Shown one piece after another: positions 41,188-50,857 of a stretch of DNA of 64,000 nucleotides. Every line of letters begins with the position of its first letter. Positions within the stretch are counted from its first letter, which is position 1. The notes below the pieces were generated by a model. It made no database searches. It was not told where the DNA came from and saw only the letters and a program-made list of their open reading frames with translations. Position numbers and translations under genes: made by a program. The stretch comes from Candidatus Omnitrophota bacterium (GTDB lineage: Bacteria; Omnitrophota; Gorgyraeia; Zapsychrales; Zapsychraceae): assembly GCA_018812705.1 (NCBI GenBank), contig JAHJCZ010000097.1, positions 840 through 64,839 of the forward strand. The letters run 5' to 3'.

Positions 41188-41706
41188 ATTCAAAAATTTA
41201 TACGAATAAATGAACGAATCAGGGCTTCAGAAGTTAGAGTTATCGGTCCTGATGGAGAGCAGCTAGGAGTAGTAGTAATTAAAAGAGCGGTAGATCTGGC
41301 AAAAGAACATGAATTAGATTTAGTTGAAATTGCTCCAACAGCAAAGCCTCCTGTTTGTAGAATAATGGATTACAGTAAGTACAAATATGATCAAGAGAAA
41401 AAAGAGAGAAAGGTCAAGAAGAACCAGCACGTTACGCATTTAAAACAGATCAGATTAAAGCCACATATTGGAGAAAGCGATTATCAGATAAAATTAAAGC
41501 AGGCGATCGGGTTCTTAGGCAAGAAAGATAAAGTTAAGATAAATATGATGTTTCGTGGACGAGAAATGATGCACAGGGATTTAGGAAAAGATATTATTGA
41601 CAGAATGGTAGTTGATATGAAAGAGTTCGGGGTTCCGGAAACTTCTCCTTCTATGGAAGGCAAAACGATGTATGTTGTTTTGAATCCGCATTCTGAGAAA
41701 AGTTAA
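41188..41706 (+). CDS. infC: Translation initiation factor IF-3, initiated at a non-canonical ATT codon
   Basis: The reading frame opens right after an AGGAGG RBS (41175-41180) and encodes ...INERIRASEVRVIGPDGEQLGVVVIKRAVDLAKEHELDLVEIAPTAKPPVCRIMDYSKYKYDQEKK, a canonical IF3 N-domain. There is no ATG/GTG/TTG upstream in frame. ATT codons lie at 41185 and 41188. The ORF track catches only the C-terminal 113 aa (41365..41706). Confidence 0.8.
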   Translation: MQKFIRINERIRASEVRVIGPDGEQLGVVVIKRAVDLAKEHELDLVEIAPTAKPPVCRIMDYSKYKYDQEKKERKVKKNQHVTHLKQIRLKPHIGESDYQIKLKQAIGFLGKKDKVKINMMFRGREMMHRDLGKDIIDRMVVDMKEFGVPETSPSMEGKTMYVVLNPHSEKS

Positions 41707-41797
41707 ATTGAATTAAAATTGTTATACAATATTACATTACAAGACAAGGATGTTCTTGTTATTTTTGAATAAATGAGAAGTTGAGAAAGGAAAAGAA

Positions 41798-41995
41798 ATG
41801 CCAAAGTTGAAAACCAACCGGTCAGCTGCAAAACGGTTTAAGATTACAAAATCTGGAAAATTAAAAAAGCGTAGTGCAAACAGGGGCCATGTTCTAGGAA
41901 AAATGACTAGAAAAAGAAAACGTAATTTACGTAAAAGCAGCTATGTCTCTGACGCAGATGTAAAGAAAATAAGGAGGTTGTTGCCATATGGTTAG
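41798..41995 (+). CDS. rpmI: 50S ribosomal protein L35
   Basis: MPKLKTNRSAAKRFKITKSGK... Confidence 0.9.
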   Translation: MPKLKTNRSAAKRFKITKSGKLKKRSANRGHVLGKMTRKRKRNLRKSSYVSDADVKKIRRLLPYG

Positions 41996-42335
41996 AGTTA
42001 GAGGTGTCGTTGCGGCACAAAAGAGAAAAAAGAAAGTTCTAAAACAAGCTAAGGGTCAGTTTGGGCACAGAAGCAAGAGATTTAAGCAAGCAAAAAGATC
42101 CATTATTAAGGGCATGGTGTATGAATACAGAGATCGCAAAGTAAGACAGAGAGATTTTAAAAGTCTTTGGATTATTCGCATTAATGCTGCTTGCAAAGAA
42201 GCTGGTATTACATATAGCCGTTTTATGAATGGATTGAAAAAAGCAAAGATAGAGATCAATCGTAAAATATTAGCAGAATTAGCAGTTAGTTCTCCAGGAG
42301 CGTTTAAAAAATTGCTAAAACTAGTTCAATGCTAA
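41988..42335 (+). CDS. rplT: 50S ribosomal protein L20
   Basis: MVRVRGVVAAQKRKKKVLKQAKGQFGHRS... Confidence 0.9.
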   Translation: MVRVRGVVAAQKRKKKVLKQAKGQFGHRSKRFKQAKRSIIKGMVYEYRDRKVRQRDFKSLWIIRINAACKEAGITYSRFMNGLKKAKIEINRKILAELAVSSPGAFKKLLKLVQC

Positions 42336-42413
42336 AAAATAAAAAGCAGTTTAACGATTAGTAAATTTTTAGGCCCTGATTAGCAGGGCCTAAACTTTAA
42401 AGGGTCCAAAGTT

Positions 42414-43772
42414 ATGAGAATAATAATTATTGGAGCGGGAAGAATTGGGTTAAACCTAGCAAAATCTCTCGTGAAAGAGAACCATGAAGTCTACATAATA
42501 GAAGCTAATGAGGATATAGCCAGAAAAGTAGATGAAAAGCTTGATGCAAAAGTGGTTTTTGGAAGCGGAGCTGATCCAGATACGCTGAGAAAAGTTCAAG
42601 TTCAAAGCGCTGATCTGGTCATAGCTGTTACGCATTCAGACGAAACGAACATGATAGTTTGCTCTTTAGCAGATTTCTTTGGGGCGAAAAGACAAGTTGC
42701 GCGAGTAAGAAATACAGCTTTAAGCAGAGAGTTAGGGGCATCAGGTTTTGAGCATTTTAACATTGATGAAATTATTAATCCTGAAGAGGTCGCTGCACAT
42801 GCTATTGTAAAAGCAATATGTTCTCCTGGCACAAGAGAAGTTGGTGATTTTGCTGAAGGAAGCATTCTTCTTCGCGGTTTTGACCTACCTGCAAAGTCTC
42901 CTTTGGCAGGATCAAAAATCAGCGACTTTAACGATGATGATTTTCCATGGCCCTTTCTTGTTGTAGCTATTAGTCGAGAAAAAGAAGCTTTTATCCCCAC
43001 CGGTGAAACAGTTCTCAATCCAAAGGACAGGATATATGTGCTTCTCCCAAGAGAATCCCTTGGAGAATTTTTATCTTTTGTTGATCCGACAGCGAAAAAA
43101 CCCGAAAAAGTTATTATATATGGTGCAACAGATACGGGCGTGCATGTTGCTCAAGAATTATCAAAAACTATAAGAGATGTAATTCTTTTAGAAGAGGATC
43201 CTAAGCGAGCAGAGAACGTTGCTGAAAAATTGGAATTTACAAGGGTGATCAATGGTTCAGCATCGGACAAAGATATTTTGACAGAATGTGGAATTGAAGC
43301 TGCGGACGTTTTTGTAGGGGCGACAGATAACGATAATTCAAATTTGATCAGCGCGGTTCTAGCTAAAAAAAGAGGAGCAAAGACCACAGTTATTATGACG
43401 CAACATCCCGACTACATGTCAATCGTTGATGCCCTAGACATTAATGTTATTGTTAACCCTCATCTTTTGGCTGTTGAGCAAATTTTAAGCTATGTAAGAG
43501 GGAAAACTATTAGCTCAATTACTAAATTGCTTGATTGTAAGGCGGAAGCCTTGGAGTTTATTGTCGAAAAAAATTCGCCAATAACAAAAGTCCCTGTAAA
43601 AGATGCTGCCTTTCCCAAGAACTCTATTATTGGAGCCGTCTTCAGAGATTCAAAAGCTTTTCTTGCAAAAGGAGACACTCAAATTCAAGAAGGGGATAAA
43701 GTTGTTGTCTTTTGTAAGGAAACAGAAGTTAAGAAAGTCCAATCGTTTTTTATTCAAAAAAAGGGTTTCTAA
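42414..43772 (+). CDS. trkA: Trk K+ uptake system NAD-binding subunit TrkA (two RCK domains)
   Basis: MRIIIIGAGRIGLNLAKSL, and a second Rossmann motif VIIYGATDTGVHVAQEL. Confidence 0.85.
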   Translation: MRIIIIGAGRIGLNLAKSLVKENHEVYIIEANEDIARKVDEKLDAKVVFGSGADPDTLRKVQVQSADLVIAVTHSDETNMIVCSLADFFGAKRQVARVRNTALSRELGASGFEHFNIDEIINPEEVAAHAIVKAICSPGTREVGDFAEGSILLRGFDLPAKSPLAGSKISDFNDDDFPWPFLVVAISREKEAFIPTGETVLNPKDRIYVLLPRESLGEFLSFVDPTAKKPEKVIIYGATDTGVHVAQELSKTIRDVILLEEDPKRAENVAEKLEFTRVINGSASDKDILTECGIEAADVFVGATDNDNSNLISAVLAKKRGAKTTVIMTQHPDYMSIVDALDINVIVNPHLLAVEQILSYVRGKTISSITKLLDCKAEALEFIVEKNSPITKVPVKDAAFPKNSIIGAVFRDSKAFLAKGDTQIQEGDKVVVFCKETEVKKVQSFFIQKKGF

Positions 43773-43781
43773 AGGTTTTTA

Positions 43782-45236
43782 ATGCACAAGAAATTTGTTC
43801 TGAACATTGTTTCTAGAGTACAAATGATCGTATGCATGATCATGACAGTTCCTCTTTTGTGGTCAATTGCTGATGATCCTCACAGCAGAGAAACAATGTC
43901 ATTTATTGTGACCATATTGTTGGGGCTCTTTGTTTCATGTCTTGTTTTCTGGAATGTTAGGATGGACACAGAGGATTATGAAAAGTTAAACGCGAAAGAT
44001 GGTTTAGCGATAGTAGGTCTATCTTGGGTTTGTTTGTCTGTGTTCGGAGCGCTCCCTCTTTATTTGAGCCACGTTGTCGGCAGTTATACAGATGCGTTTT
44101 TTGAAATAGTTAGCGGATTTACTACAACAGGAGCTACGATCTTTACTGATGTTGAATCTTTGCCAAGAGGAATTTTATTTTGGAGAAGCCTTACTCACTG
44201 GCTTGGAGGGATGGGTATCATTGTTCTTTATTTAGCGCTGTTGCCTGCGGTTTCTAAAAATGCTTTTCAGCTTTTTAAAGCGGAGTCTCCTGGAATAACG
44301 GTTGAAAGGGTAGAACCAAGAATAAAGGAAACGGCAAAGATGCTTTGGACCGTCTATGTTCTTCTTTCTGTCGCGGAAATTATTTTGCTTATGTTAGGGA
44401 AAATGCCGTTCTTTGATGCCCTTTGCCATACTTTTGGAACAATGGCGACGGGAGGCTTTTCAACAAAGAATGCTAGTATTGGAGCGTATGGGCCATATAT
44501 TCAGTGGGTAATTACGTTCTTCATGTTTTTAGCAGGCGTAAATTTTATGCTTCATTATCAGGCGCTTAGAGGAAAGATAGGTGGATATTTTAGAAACGAA
44601 GAGTTTAGGTGGTATCTGGTTCTTGTTATTGCCTGTATTTTTATTTTTACAGCGGTCCTGCATATTCATTCAATTGGAAGTAGCCCTTTACTCGAGGCAT
44701 CATTTCAAACCGTTTCAATAATCACGACGACAGGTTATGTAACAGCAAATTTTGATCTTTGGCCTCAAGCATTAAGATTTATTTTGATCGTTTTAATGTT
44801 TATTGGTGGATGTGGCGGGTCTACCGGTGGAGGAATGAAGATAATAAGGTTTTTCTTGTCTTTAAAAATTGCTTTAAGGTCTATCATGCAGGCATTGTTC
44901 CCAAATGCAGTTTTGCCCGTTCGGTTCAATAAGGCCCCACAGGCCGACAGGATAGTAACATCTGTTCTATCATATTTTGTAATATATATTCTGTTGTTTT
45001 TTTCTGGGACAGTTGTTATGACCATAACAGAACGATGTGATCTGGTAACAGCTTTTTCAGCGTCAATCGCCTGTCTTAGCAATATTGGTCCTGGATTAGG
45101 GAAAGTTGGTGCGGATAGCAATTATGCTTGGATCTCTCTTCCTGGTAAATGGTTTTTGTCATTCTTAATGTTAGCAGGCAGGCTGGAGCTTTATTCCATT
45201 TTAGTCTTATTTATTCCCTCAACCTGGAAAAAGTAA
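43782..45236 (+). CDS. trkH: Trk K+ transporter membrane subunit TrkH
   Basis: Multi-TM protein with repeated selectivity-filter-like GFTTTG / TTTGY motifs. Confidence 0.85.
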   Translation: MHKKFVLNIVSRVQMIVCMIMTVPLLWSIADDPHSRETMSFIVTILLGLFVSCLVFWNVRMDTEDYEKLNAKDGLAIVGLSWVCLSVFGALPLYLSHVVGSYTDAFFEIVSGFTTTGATIFTDVESLPRGILFWRSLTHWLGGMGIIVLYLALLPAVSKNAFQLFKAESPGITVERVEPRIKETAKMLWTVYVLLSVAEIILLMLGKMPFFDALCHTFGTMATGGFSTKNASIGAYGPYIQWVITFFMFLAGVNFMLHYQALRGKIGGYFRNEEFRWYLVLVIACIFIFTAVLHIHSIGSSPLLEASFQTVSIITTTGYVTANFDLWPQALRFILIVLMFIGGCGGSTGGGMKIIRFFLSLKIALRSIMQALFPNAVLPVRFNKAPQADRIVTSVLSYFVIYILLFFSGTVVMTITERCDLVTAFSASIACLSNIGPGLGKVGADSNYAWISLPGKWFLSFLMLAGRLELYSILVLFIPSTWKK

Positions 45237-45345
45237 GGATGTTTTAAAGGTCATAAAAAATATCGGTTTCAAAAACAATAAACGATGATATAATAGCTCT
45301 CGTTTTTAAAAAAAACAATTAATAACAATCTTTGCGAGACAAAAT

Positions 45346-46356
45346 ATGGAGTGGGATTTTCAATCAATTAGACAGGAAGCGCAAAAGGAAGCAATTTCCA
45401 TAAGCGACCAAACGTCTTTAGAGTCTTTTCGAATAAAATATTTAGGAAAAAAAGGTCTTATTCCACAGGTCTATTCTTCTTTGGCAACAGCGTCAAAAGA
45501 AGAAAAACCTCTTTTAGGAAAGAATGTCAACGAATTAAAGAATTTTATATCAGGTCTTATTGAAGAAAAAAAGCAAAGCGTTAAGGATAGCATTAAGCAG
45601 GCGTCGAAGAGCAATATAGATGTTACTCTCCCAGGAGTTGCTAGCGATATAGGGCATTCTCATTTGCTAACTCAAACAATGGAAGAGATTTGTGGCTTGT
45701 TTGAAAAGCTTGGATTTATCGTACAAGAAGGCCCTGAAATAGAAACAGAGTTCAATAATTTTGATGCGCTAAATATTCCAAGTAATCATCCATCAAGGGA
45801 CGGGTTTGACACCTTTTACGTCGATAAATCTGATCCAGATGATAAAGACAAAAAGCTCCTGCTTAGAAGTCAAACATCTCCGGTGCAGATCCGTGTTATG
45901 AAAGCAAATAAGCCTCCTTTAGCGGTTGTTGTTCCGGGAAAGGTTTACCGTCCGGATGCTGTTGATGCGAGCCATTCTTTTATGTTTCACCAGATAGAAG
46001 GATTGCTTGTTGATAAAGACGTAAAATTCTCTCACTTAAAAGGATTGCTTACAACTTTTTGCAAGCGTTTTTTTGGGGATAAAATTAAAATGAGATTTCG
46101 CCCGCATTTTTTTCCGTTCACTGAGCCGTCCGCAGAAATTGATATTTCATGGGAACAAGGCAAGAAAGACTGGCTTGAAATTATGGGTTGCGGAATGGTT
46201 CATCCACAAGTTTTTAAAGCAGTCGGATATCCAAAAGGGAAATATACAGGCTTAGCGTTCGGTTTGGGTGTAGAGCGAATCGCAATGCTAAGATATGGCA
46301 TTAGGGATATTCGTCTTTTTTATGAAAACGACAAAAGATTTTTGGAGCAGTTTTAA
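45346..46356 (+). CDS. pheS: Phenylalanyl-tRNA synthetase alpha subunit
   Basis: Class II core (FRPHFFPFTEPSAEIDI, GCGMVHPQV). Confidence 0.9.
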   Translation: MEWDFQSIRQEAQKEAISISDQTSLESFRIKYLGKKGLIPQVYSSLATASKEEKPLLGKNVNELKNFISGLIEEKKQSVKDSIKQASKSNIDVTLPGVASDIGHSHLLTQTMEEICGLFEKLGFIVQEGPEIETEFNNFDALNIPSNHPSRDGFDTFYVDKSDPDDKDKKLLLRSQTSPVQIRVMKANKPPLAVVVPGKVYRPDAVDASHSFMFHQIEGLLVDKDVKFSHLKGLLTTFCKRFFGDKIKMRFRPHFFPFTEPSAEIDISWEQGKKDWLEIMGCGMVHPQVFKAVGYPKGKYTGLAFGLGVERIAMLRYGIRDIRLFYENDKRFLEQF

Positions 46357-46358
46357 TT

Positions 46359-48398
46359 ATGAAAATAAGTCTAAGATGGATCAAAGATTATGTGGAGGTT
46401 CAAATCCCCCCGGGCAGCCTGGCCGATAGGTTAACTATGGCAGGCCTTGAAGTGGAAGATATTTCGTCAGTTGGTGATGATACGGTTTTTACAATAGAGA
46501 TCACTCCGAATAGACCAGATTGTTTAAATATGATAGGCATAGCCAGAGAGATCTCGGCAGTTTTAAACAAAGACCTGATTCTTCCTAAAATAGGAAAAAT
46601 ATCAAAAGCTGATGCCAAGTGCGAAATTAAGATAGAAGATAAAAAAGGATGTCTTCGTTATATTGGGACAGTGATTGAAAATATTTCAATAAAACAAGCA
46701 CCAAAAGAAATGTTGAAAAGAATAAATTCTTTAGGCTTACGAGCCATCAACAACATTGTTGATATAACTAATTTTTGTTTGTTAGAGACGGGACAACCCT
46801 TACACGCTTTTGATTATGATAAACTTGCCGGAGGAAAGATATTTGTCCGCAGGGCAAAAGAGGGGGAGAAGATAGTTACCATTGATGATGTTGAAAGAGT
46901 CTTAGATACGTCAATTCTTGTTATAGCAGATGAAGAAAAGCCTGTCGCTATTGCAGGGATCATGGGAGGCAAGGTGACAGAAGTAACTTCTGCAACAAAA
47001 AAGATTCTTTTGGAAAGCGCATATTTCGACCCGATACTTATTAGAAAAGCCTCAAGAAAATTGGGGCTTTCGAGCGATTCTTCTTATCGATTTGAAAGAG
47101 GAGTTGATTATCCTACTGTAGAGAAATGTTCAAACAGGGCTTTGTCTTTGATCCTTAAGGAAGCAGGAGGGAAGATCGTAAAGAGCTCGGATGTTAAAGT
47201 TTCGGATAGGAAGGCAGAGGAAAAAGAAATTGTTATTGAAAAAGAAACGATAGATAGTTTTTTAGGGACAGAAACTTCAGTTGCAGAAATTAAGAATATT
47301 TTTGATAAATTAGGTTTTAATGTCAAGGTTGACAAAAAGAAGATCTTTACGATCGTGCCGCCATCTTTTAGGAGCGACATAGTTCAAGAAGTTGATATTA
47401 TTGAAGAAGTTGCAAGGATAATTGGCTATGATAATCTTCCGCTATCTATGCCGAGCATAAAAGTTTCAAGCATTGCTGAAAGTAAAGAGATCAAACTAAG
47501 AAAGAAAGTTAAGCAAATATTAATATCTCAAGGCTGCAGCGAAACAGTTACCTACACTATGATCAATCAGAAGCATTTGAATGATTCAAAACTAAGCGAT
47601 ATAGAAAAGTTAAAGATATTGAATCCTTTGTCACAAGATCAAGAAATGATGAGACCCTCTTTGCTGCCAAGCATGTTATCGAGAGTGCAGTTCAATATGA
47701 ACAGGGGACAGAAAGACCTAAGCTTCTTTGAGGTAGGCAAAATATATACAAAAAAGGGTGAGAAAGAGACGCTTGCGGTCATTATGACAGGAGTTGCTTT
47801 AAGAGATTGGCGAAAGCTAAAACAGAACAATGTAGATTTTATCGACATAAAAGGTATTGTTGGAAAAGTTTTGAGTGGGATCGATATAAAAGATAGCGAT
47901 GTGTCTTATAAGATAAGTGAGGTGTCATTTTTTGAAGAAGAAGTAAGTGCTCAAATATTGTTGAAAGGAAAAAGGATTGGTTCTGTGGGGCAAATATGTG
48001 GAGAGGTGCTTGATTCCTGGGATATTAAAGGGGCAAGTGTTATTTTTGCAGAGGTTGACCTTGAAAGTGTTTATTCATATTCTTTTAGCAAGAAGCACTA
48101 TTCTCCTATTATTGAATATCCTCTCGTGACCAGAGACATAAGCTTGGCAATTAAAAAAGAAACAACCTTTGATGAAATAATGAATATTGTTTTCAGCGAC
48201 AGCAATGATATTATGAATAATTTTAATTTAATAGAAGAATATTTGGGCGAAAATCTTCCCGGGACAGAATATAAAGGAATAGTTTGCTCTTGTAAATACC
48301 AATCAAATAAGGGAACTCTTACTGAAGAGGCAGTAACCGAAGTGCATGAAAGGATCTGCCAGTCTTTGATAGATAAATTGGGCGCAATTCGAAGATAG
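46359..48398 (+). CDS. pheT: Phenylalanyl-tRNA synthetase beta subunit (short, 679 aa)
   Basis: MKISLRWIKDYVEV start, B3/B4 and B5 domains; follows pheS with a 2-nt gap. Confidence 0.85.
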   Translation: MKISLRWIKDYVEVQIPPGSLADRLTMAGLEVEDISSVGDDTVFTIEITPNRPDCLNMIGIAREISAVLNKDLILPKIGKISKADAKCEIKIEDKKGCLRYIGTVIENISIKQAPKEMLKRINSLGLRAINNIVDITNFCLLETGQPLHAFDYDKLAGGKIFVRRAKEGEKIVTIDDVERVLDTSILVIADEEKPVAIAGIMGGKVTEVTSATKKILLESAYFDPILIRKASRKLGLSSDSSYRFERGVDYPTVEKCSNRALSLILKEAGGKIVKSSDVKVSDRKAEEKEIVIEKETIDSFLGTETSVAEIKNIFDKLGFNVKVDKKKIFTIVPPSFRSDIVQEVDIIEEVARIIGYDNLPLSMPSIKVSSIAESKEIKLRKKVKQILISQGCSETVTYTMINQKHLNDSKLSDIEKLKILNPLSQDQEMMRPSLLPSMLSRVQFNMNRGQKDLSFFEVGKIYTKKGEKETLAVIMTGVALRDWRKLKQNNVDFIDIKGIVGKVLSGIDIKDSDVSYKISEVSFFEEEVSAQILLKGKRIGSVGQICGEVLDSWDIKGASVIFAEVDLESVYSYSFSKKHYSPIIEYPLVTRDISLAIKKETTFDEIMNIVFSDSNDIMNNFNLIEEYLGENLPGTEYKGIVCSCKYQSNKGTLTEEAVTEVHERICQSLIDKLGAIRR

Positions 48399-48434
48399 AA
48401 GCCATTAATATTTTAAAGATAGAATGTTTCTTGA

Positions 48435-48611
48435 TATGGTGTTATCATAAGCCAGTAATCCCTGCTGTGTTCGTTAGGACGTTTATAGAGAACCAACACT
48501 CTATAAAGGGACGCTAAACTTCCGGGTTGTCTGAGGACACTTCGGAGAGGTTCCCACTTGGTGAAAAGGTTCACCTATTCTCTTGTCCGACGGCATGGTG
48601 GGGATTTTTTT
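48435..48611 (+). ncRNA. Candidate structured ncRNA or structured 3-prime UTR ending in an intrinsic terminator
   Basis: A GC-rich island in AT-rich intergenic DNA. Local hairpins TTATAGAG/CTCTATAA and GGTGAA-AAGG-TTCACC. A long-range stem TTCCCAC (48551-57) with GTGGGGA (48598-604), followed by TTTTTTT. No coding potential. Confidence 0.3.
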
Positions 48612-48632
48612 ATATGAAGGCATAGTTTTTTA

Positions 48633-49976
48633 ATGAACAGCGAAGAGAAGAATCCAATGGAGCTTTTTGATGAGCCTTTAAAAGAAAGGGTTTTTGAAAA
48701 TTCACCTTTAAGCGTGAGAATGCGGCCACGTTCATTAGATGAATATGTAGGACAAAAGCACATTCTTGGAGAAGGCAAACTGCTGTTTCGAGCGATCGAA
48801 GCAGATAAAATAAATTCTCTGATCTTGTATGGCCCTCCCGGAACAGGTAAAACTACATTGGCTCAGTGCATTAGCCAGAAAACAAAAGCATGTTTTGAAA
48901 GAATCAATGCAGTTTCTTCCAATGTTGATGACCTCAGAAGAATAATAAAGGGAAGCCTGCATCGTATTAGCACATCAGGTCAAAAAACAATCCTTTTTAT
49001 AGATGAGATTCATAGGTTTAACAAAGCTCAGCAAGATGTTTTAATGCCGGATGTTGAAACAGGGTGTTTAATTCTTATTGGAGCAACGGTTTTAAATCCC
49101 TTTTTCTCTTTAACCAGCCCTTTGTTGTCAAGGTCTATGGTTTTTGAGCTTAATTCTTTGTCAAAAGAAGATCTTATGCAAATTTTAAAAAGAGCTTTAA
49201 AGGATAAAGAAAGAGGCCTGGGAAAACTGCCTATAAAAGCAAAACAGTCAGCCCTTGTTTTTCTTGCAGAGGTTTGCGATGGAGATGCCAGAAGAGCTTT
49301 AAATGCTTTAGAGATTGGATGTTCAACAACACCAAAATCCAAAGACGGTAAAATATATTTTGACTTAAACATTGCACAGGAATCAATTCAAAGAAAGCAA
49401 GTGGTTTATGATAAGGATGGCGATGCTCATTATGATACAGCATCAGCCTTTATTAAATCAATGAGAGGGTCTGATCCTGACGCAGCAATTTATTGGATGG
49501 CAAAAATGATATATGCAGGGGAAGATCCGAGATTTATTGCCAGAAGGATATGTATTTGCGCGGCTGAGGATGTTGGCAATGCGGATCCGCAAGCATTGGT
49601 TTTAGCTAATGCAGCATTTCAGGTATCAGAATTTATTGGTCTGCCGGAGGCGAGAATTCCTCTAGCTCAAGCTGCTATTTATGTGGCGTGTGCTCCAAAA
49701 TCAAATGCTGCGTATATGGCAATTAATAATGCTTTGGAGGATGTAAAGAATAAAAAAATTCAAGAAGTGCCTGTTCATTTAAAAGATGCTTCATATTCTG
49801 GCGCCAAAAGTCTTGGGCGCCAAAAAGGCTATAAATATGCACATGATTATAAAAGCCATTATATTGAGCAAGAATATATGCCTATAAACGCAAAATATTA
49901 TAATCCTGGAGAACTTGGTTATGAGAGAAAAATGAAGGAAAGAATGGAAAAAATGAAAGACTCTCATGAAACGTAA
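48633..49976 (+). CDS. rarA: Replication-associated recombination protein A (RarA/MgsA AAA+ ATPase)
   Basis: GPPGTGKTTLA Walker A, LFIDEIHRFNKAQQD, C-terminal MgsA domains. Confidence 0.85.
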   Translation: MNSEEKNPMELFDEPLKERVFENSPLSVRMRPRSLDEYVGQKHILGEGKLLFRAIEADKINSLILYGPPGTGKTTLAQCISQKTKACFERINAVSSNVDDLRRIIKGSLHRISTSGQKTILFIDEIHRFNKAQQDVLMPDVETGCLILIGATVLNPFFSLTSPLLSRSMVFELNSLSKEDLMQILKRALKDKERGLGKLPIKAKQSALVFLAEVCDGDARRALNALEIGCSTTPKSKDGKIYFDLNIAQESIQRKQVVYDKDGDAHYDTASAFIKSMRGSDPDAAIYWMAKMIYAGEDPRFIARRICICAAEDVGNADPQALVLANAAFQVSEFIGLPEARIPLAQAAIYVACAPKSNAAYMAINNALEDVKNKKIQEVPVHLKDASYSGAKSLGRQKGYKYAHDYKSHYIEQEYMPINAKYYNPGELGYERKMKERMEKMKDSHET

Positions 49977-50168
49977 GACAATGAAAATAAATGATTTATA
50001 AGGCTAGTATAGCATTTAAAATTGCGGTTGTATCTTTGAAGAAAAGGTGATAATATAAAGACTCAAATAGATAGCTCAATTTTAGCATATTTGAGAGTTA
50101 CAGGACAAATTAAGAAAATATAATATTTAATAGTATTAAAGTGGTTTTTAGAGGCTGAAAGAAGTTTA

Positions 50169-50723
50169 GTGTTTAGACAAAAACAGATTATTAGGGAAAG
50201 GATAATAACGCTTTTAAGAAATCAGGAGGAGGAAAAGCGATCAGCTAAAAGCTTGGTAATTCTTAACAGGCTTTTTAAAATGCAAGAGTTCCAAAATGCA
50301 GTAACGGTTTTGTTTTATTCAGCATTTTCAGGGGAAGTAGAAACATTTGAAATGATTAAAAGAGCACAAAAACTAGGAAAAAGAATTGGTCTGCCAAAAG
50401 TCATACAAGAAAAGAATATAATGTATCCGACATTGGCAGGGGATTTAAATGCAGATTTAGAAGATGGTCCTTATGGTATTAAACAAACAAAAGAATCTAA
50501 AGTTCTATCTTTCAAAGATATAGATATGATCATTGTTCCCGGGGTTGCCTTTGACAAAAAGAAAAATCGTCTTGGCAGAGGAGGGGGATACTATGATCGT
50601 TTTTTAAAAGATAGACCTGCAAACATTCCTACAGTTGGCCTTGCTTTTGATTTTCAAATAGTTGATAACTTACCCATAGATAAACATGATGTGCCAGTTG
50701 ATCATGTTCTAACCGATATATAG
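50169..50723 (+). CDS. 5-formyltetrahydrofolate cyclo-ligase (YgfA family), GTG start
   Basis: IVPGVAFDKKKNRLGRGGGYYDRFL signature. Confidence 0.8.
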   Translation: MFRQKQIIRERIITLLRNQEEEKRSAKSLVILNRLFKMQEFQNAVTVLFYSAFSGEVETFEMIKRAQKLGKRIGLPKVIQEKNIMYPTLAGDLNADLEDGPYGIKQTKESKVLSFKDIDMIIVPGVAFDKKKNRLGRGGGYYDRFLKDRPANIPTVGLAFDFQIVDNLPIDKHDVPVDHVLTDI

Positions 50724-50857
50724 CTAGATCGTTTTAAGATACAATCCTTCTATTAAAACTTTAAAACAAAAGAGCAATGCATATTGTTGCATTCGATAAT
50801 GGAGTGATAGAAACAACTAACAACTATTGTTTTAGTTCTTAGAGAGGAGAAAATAGA

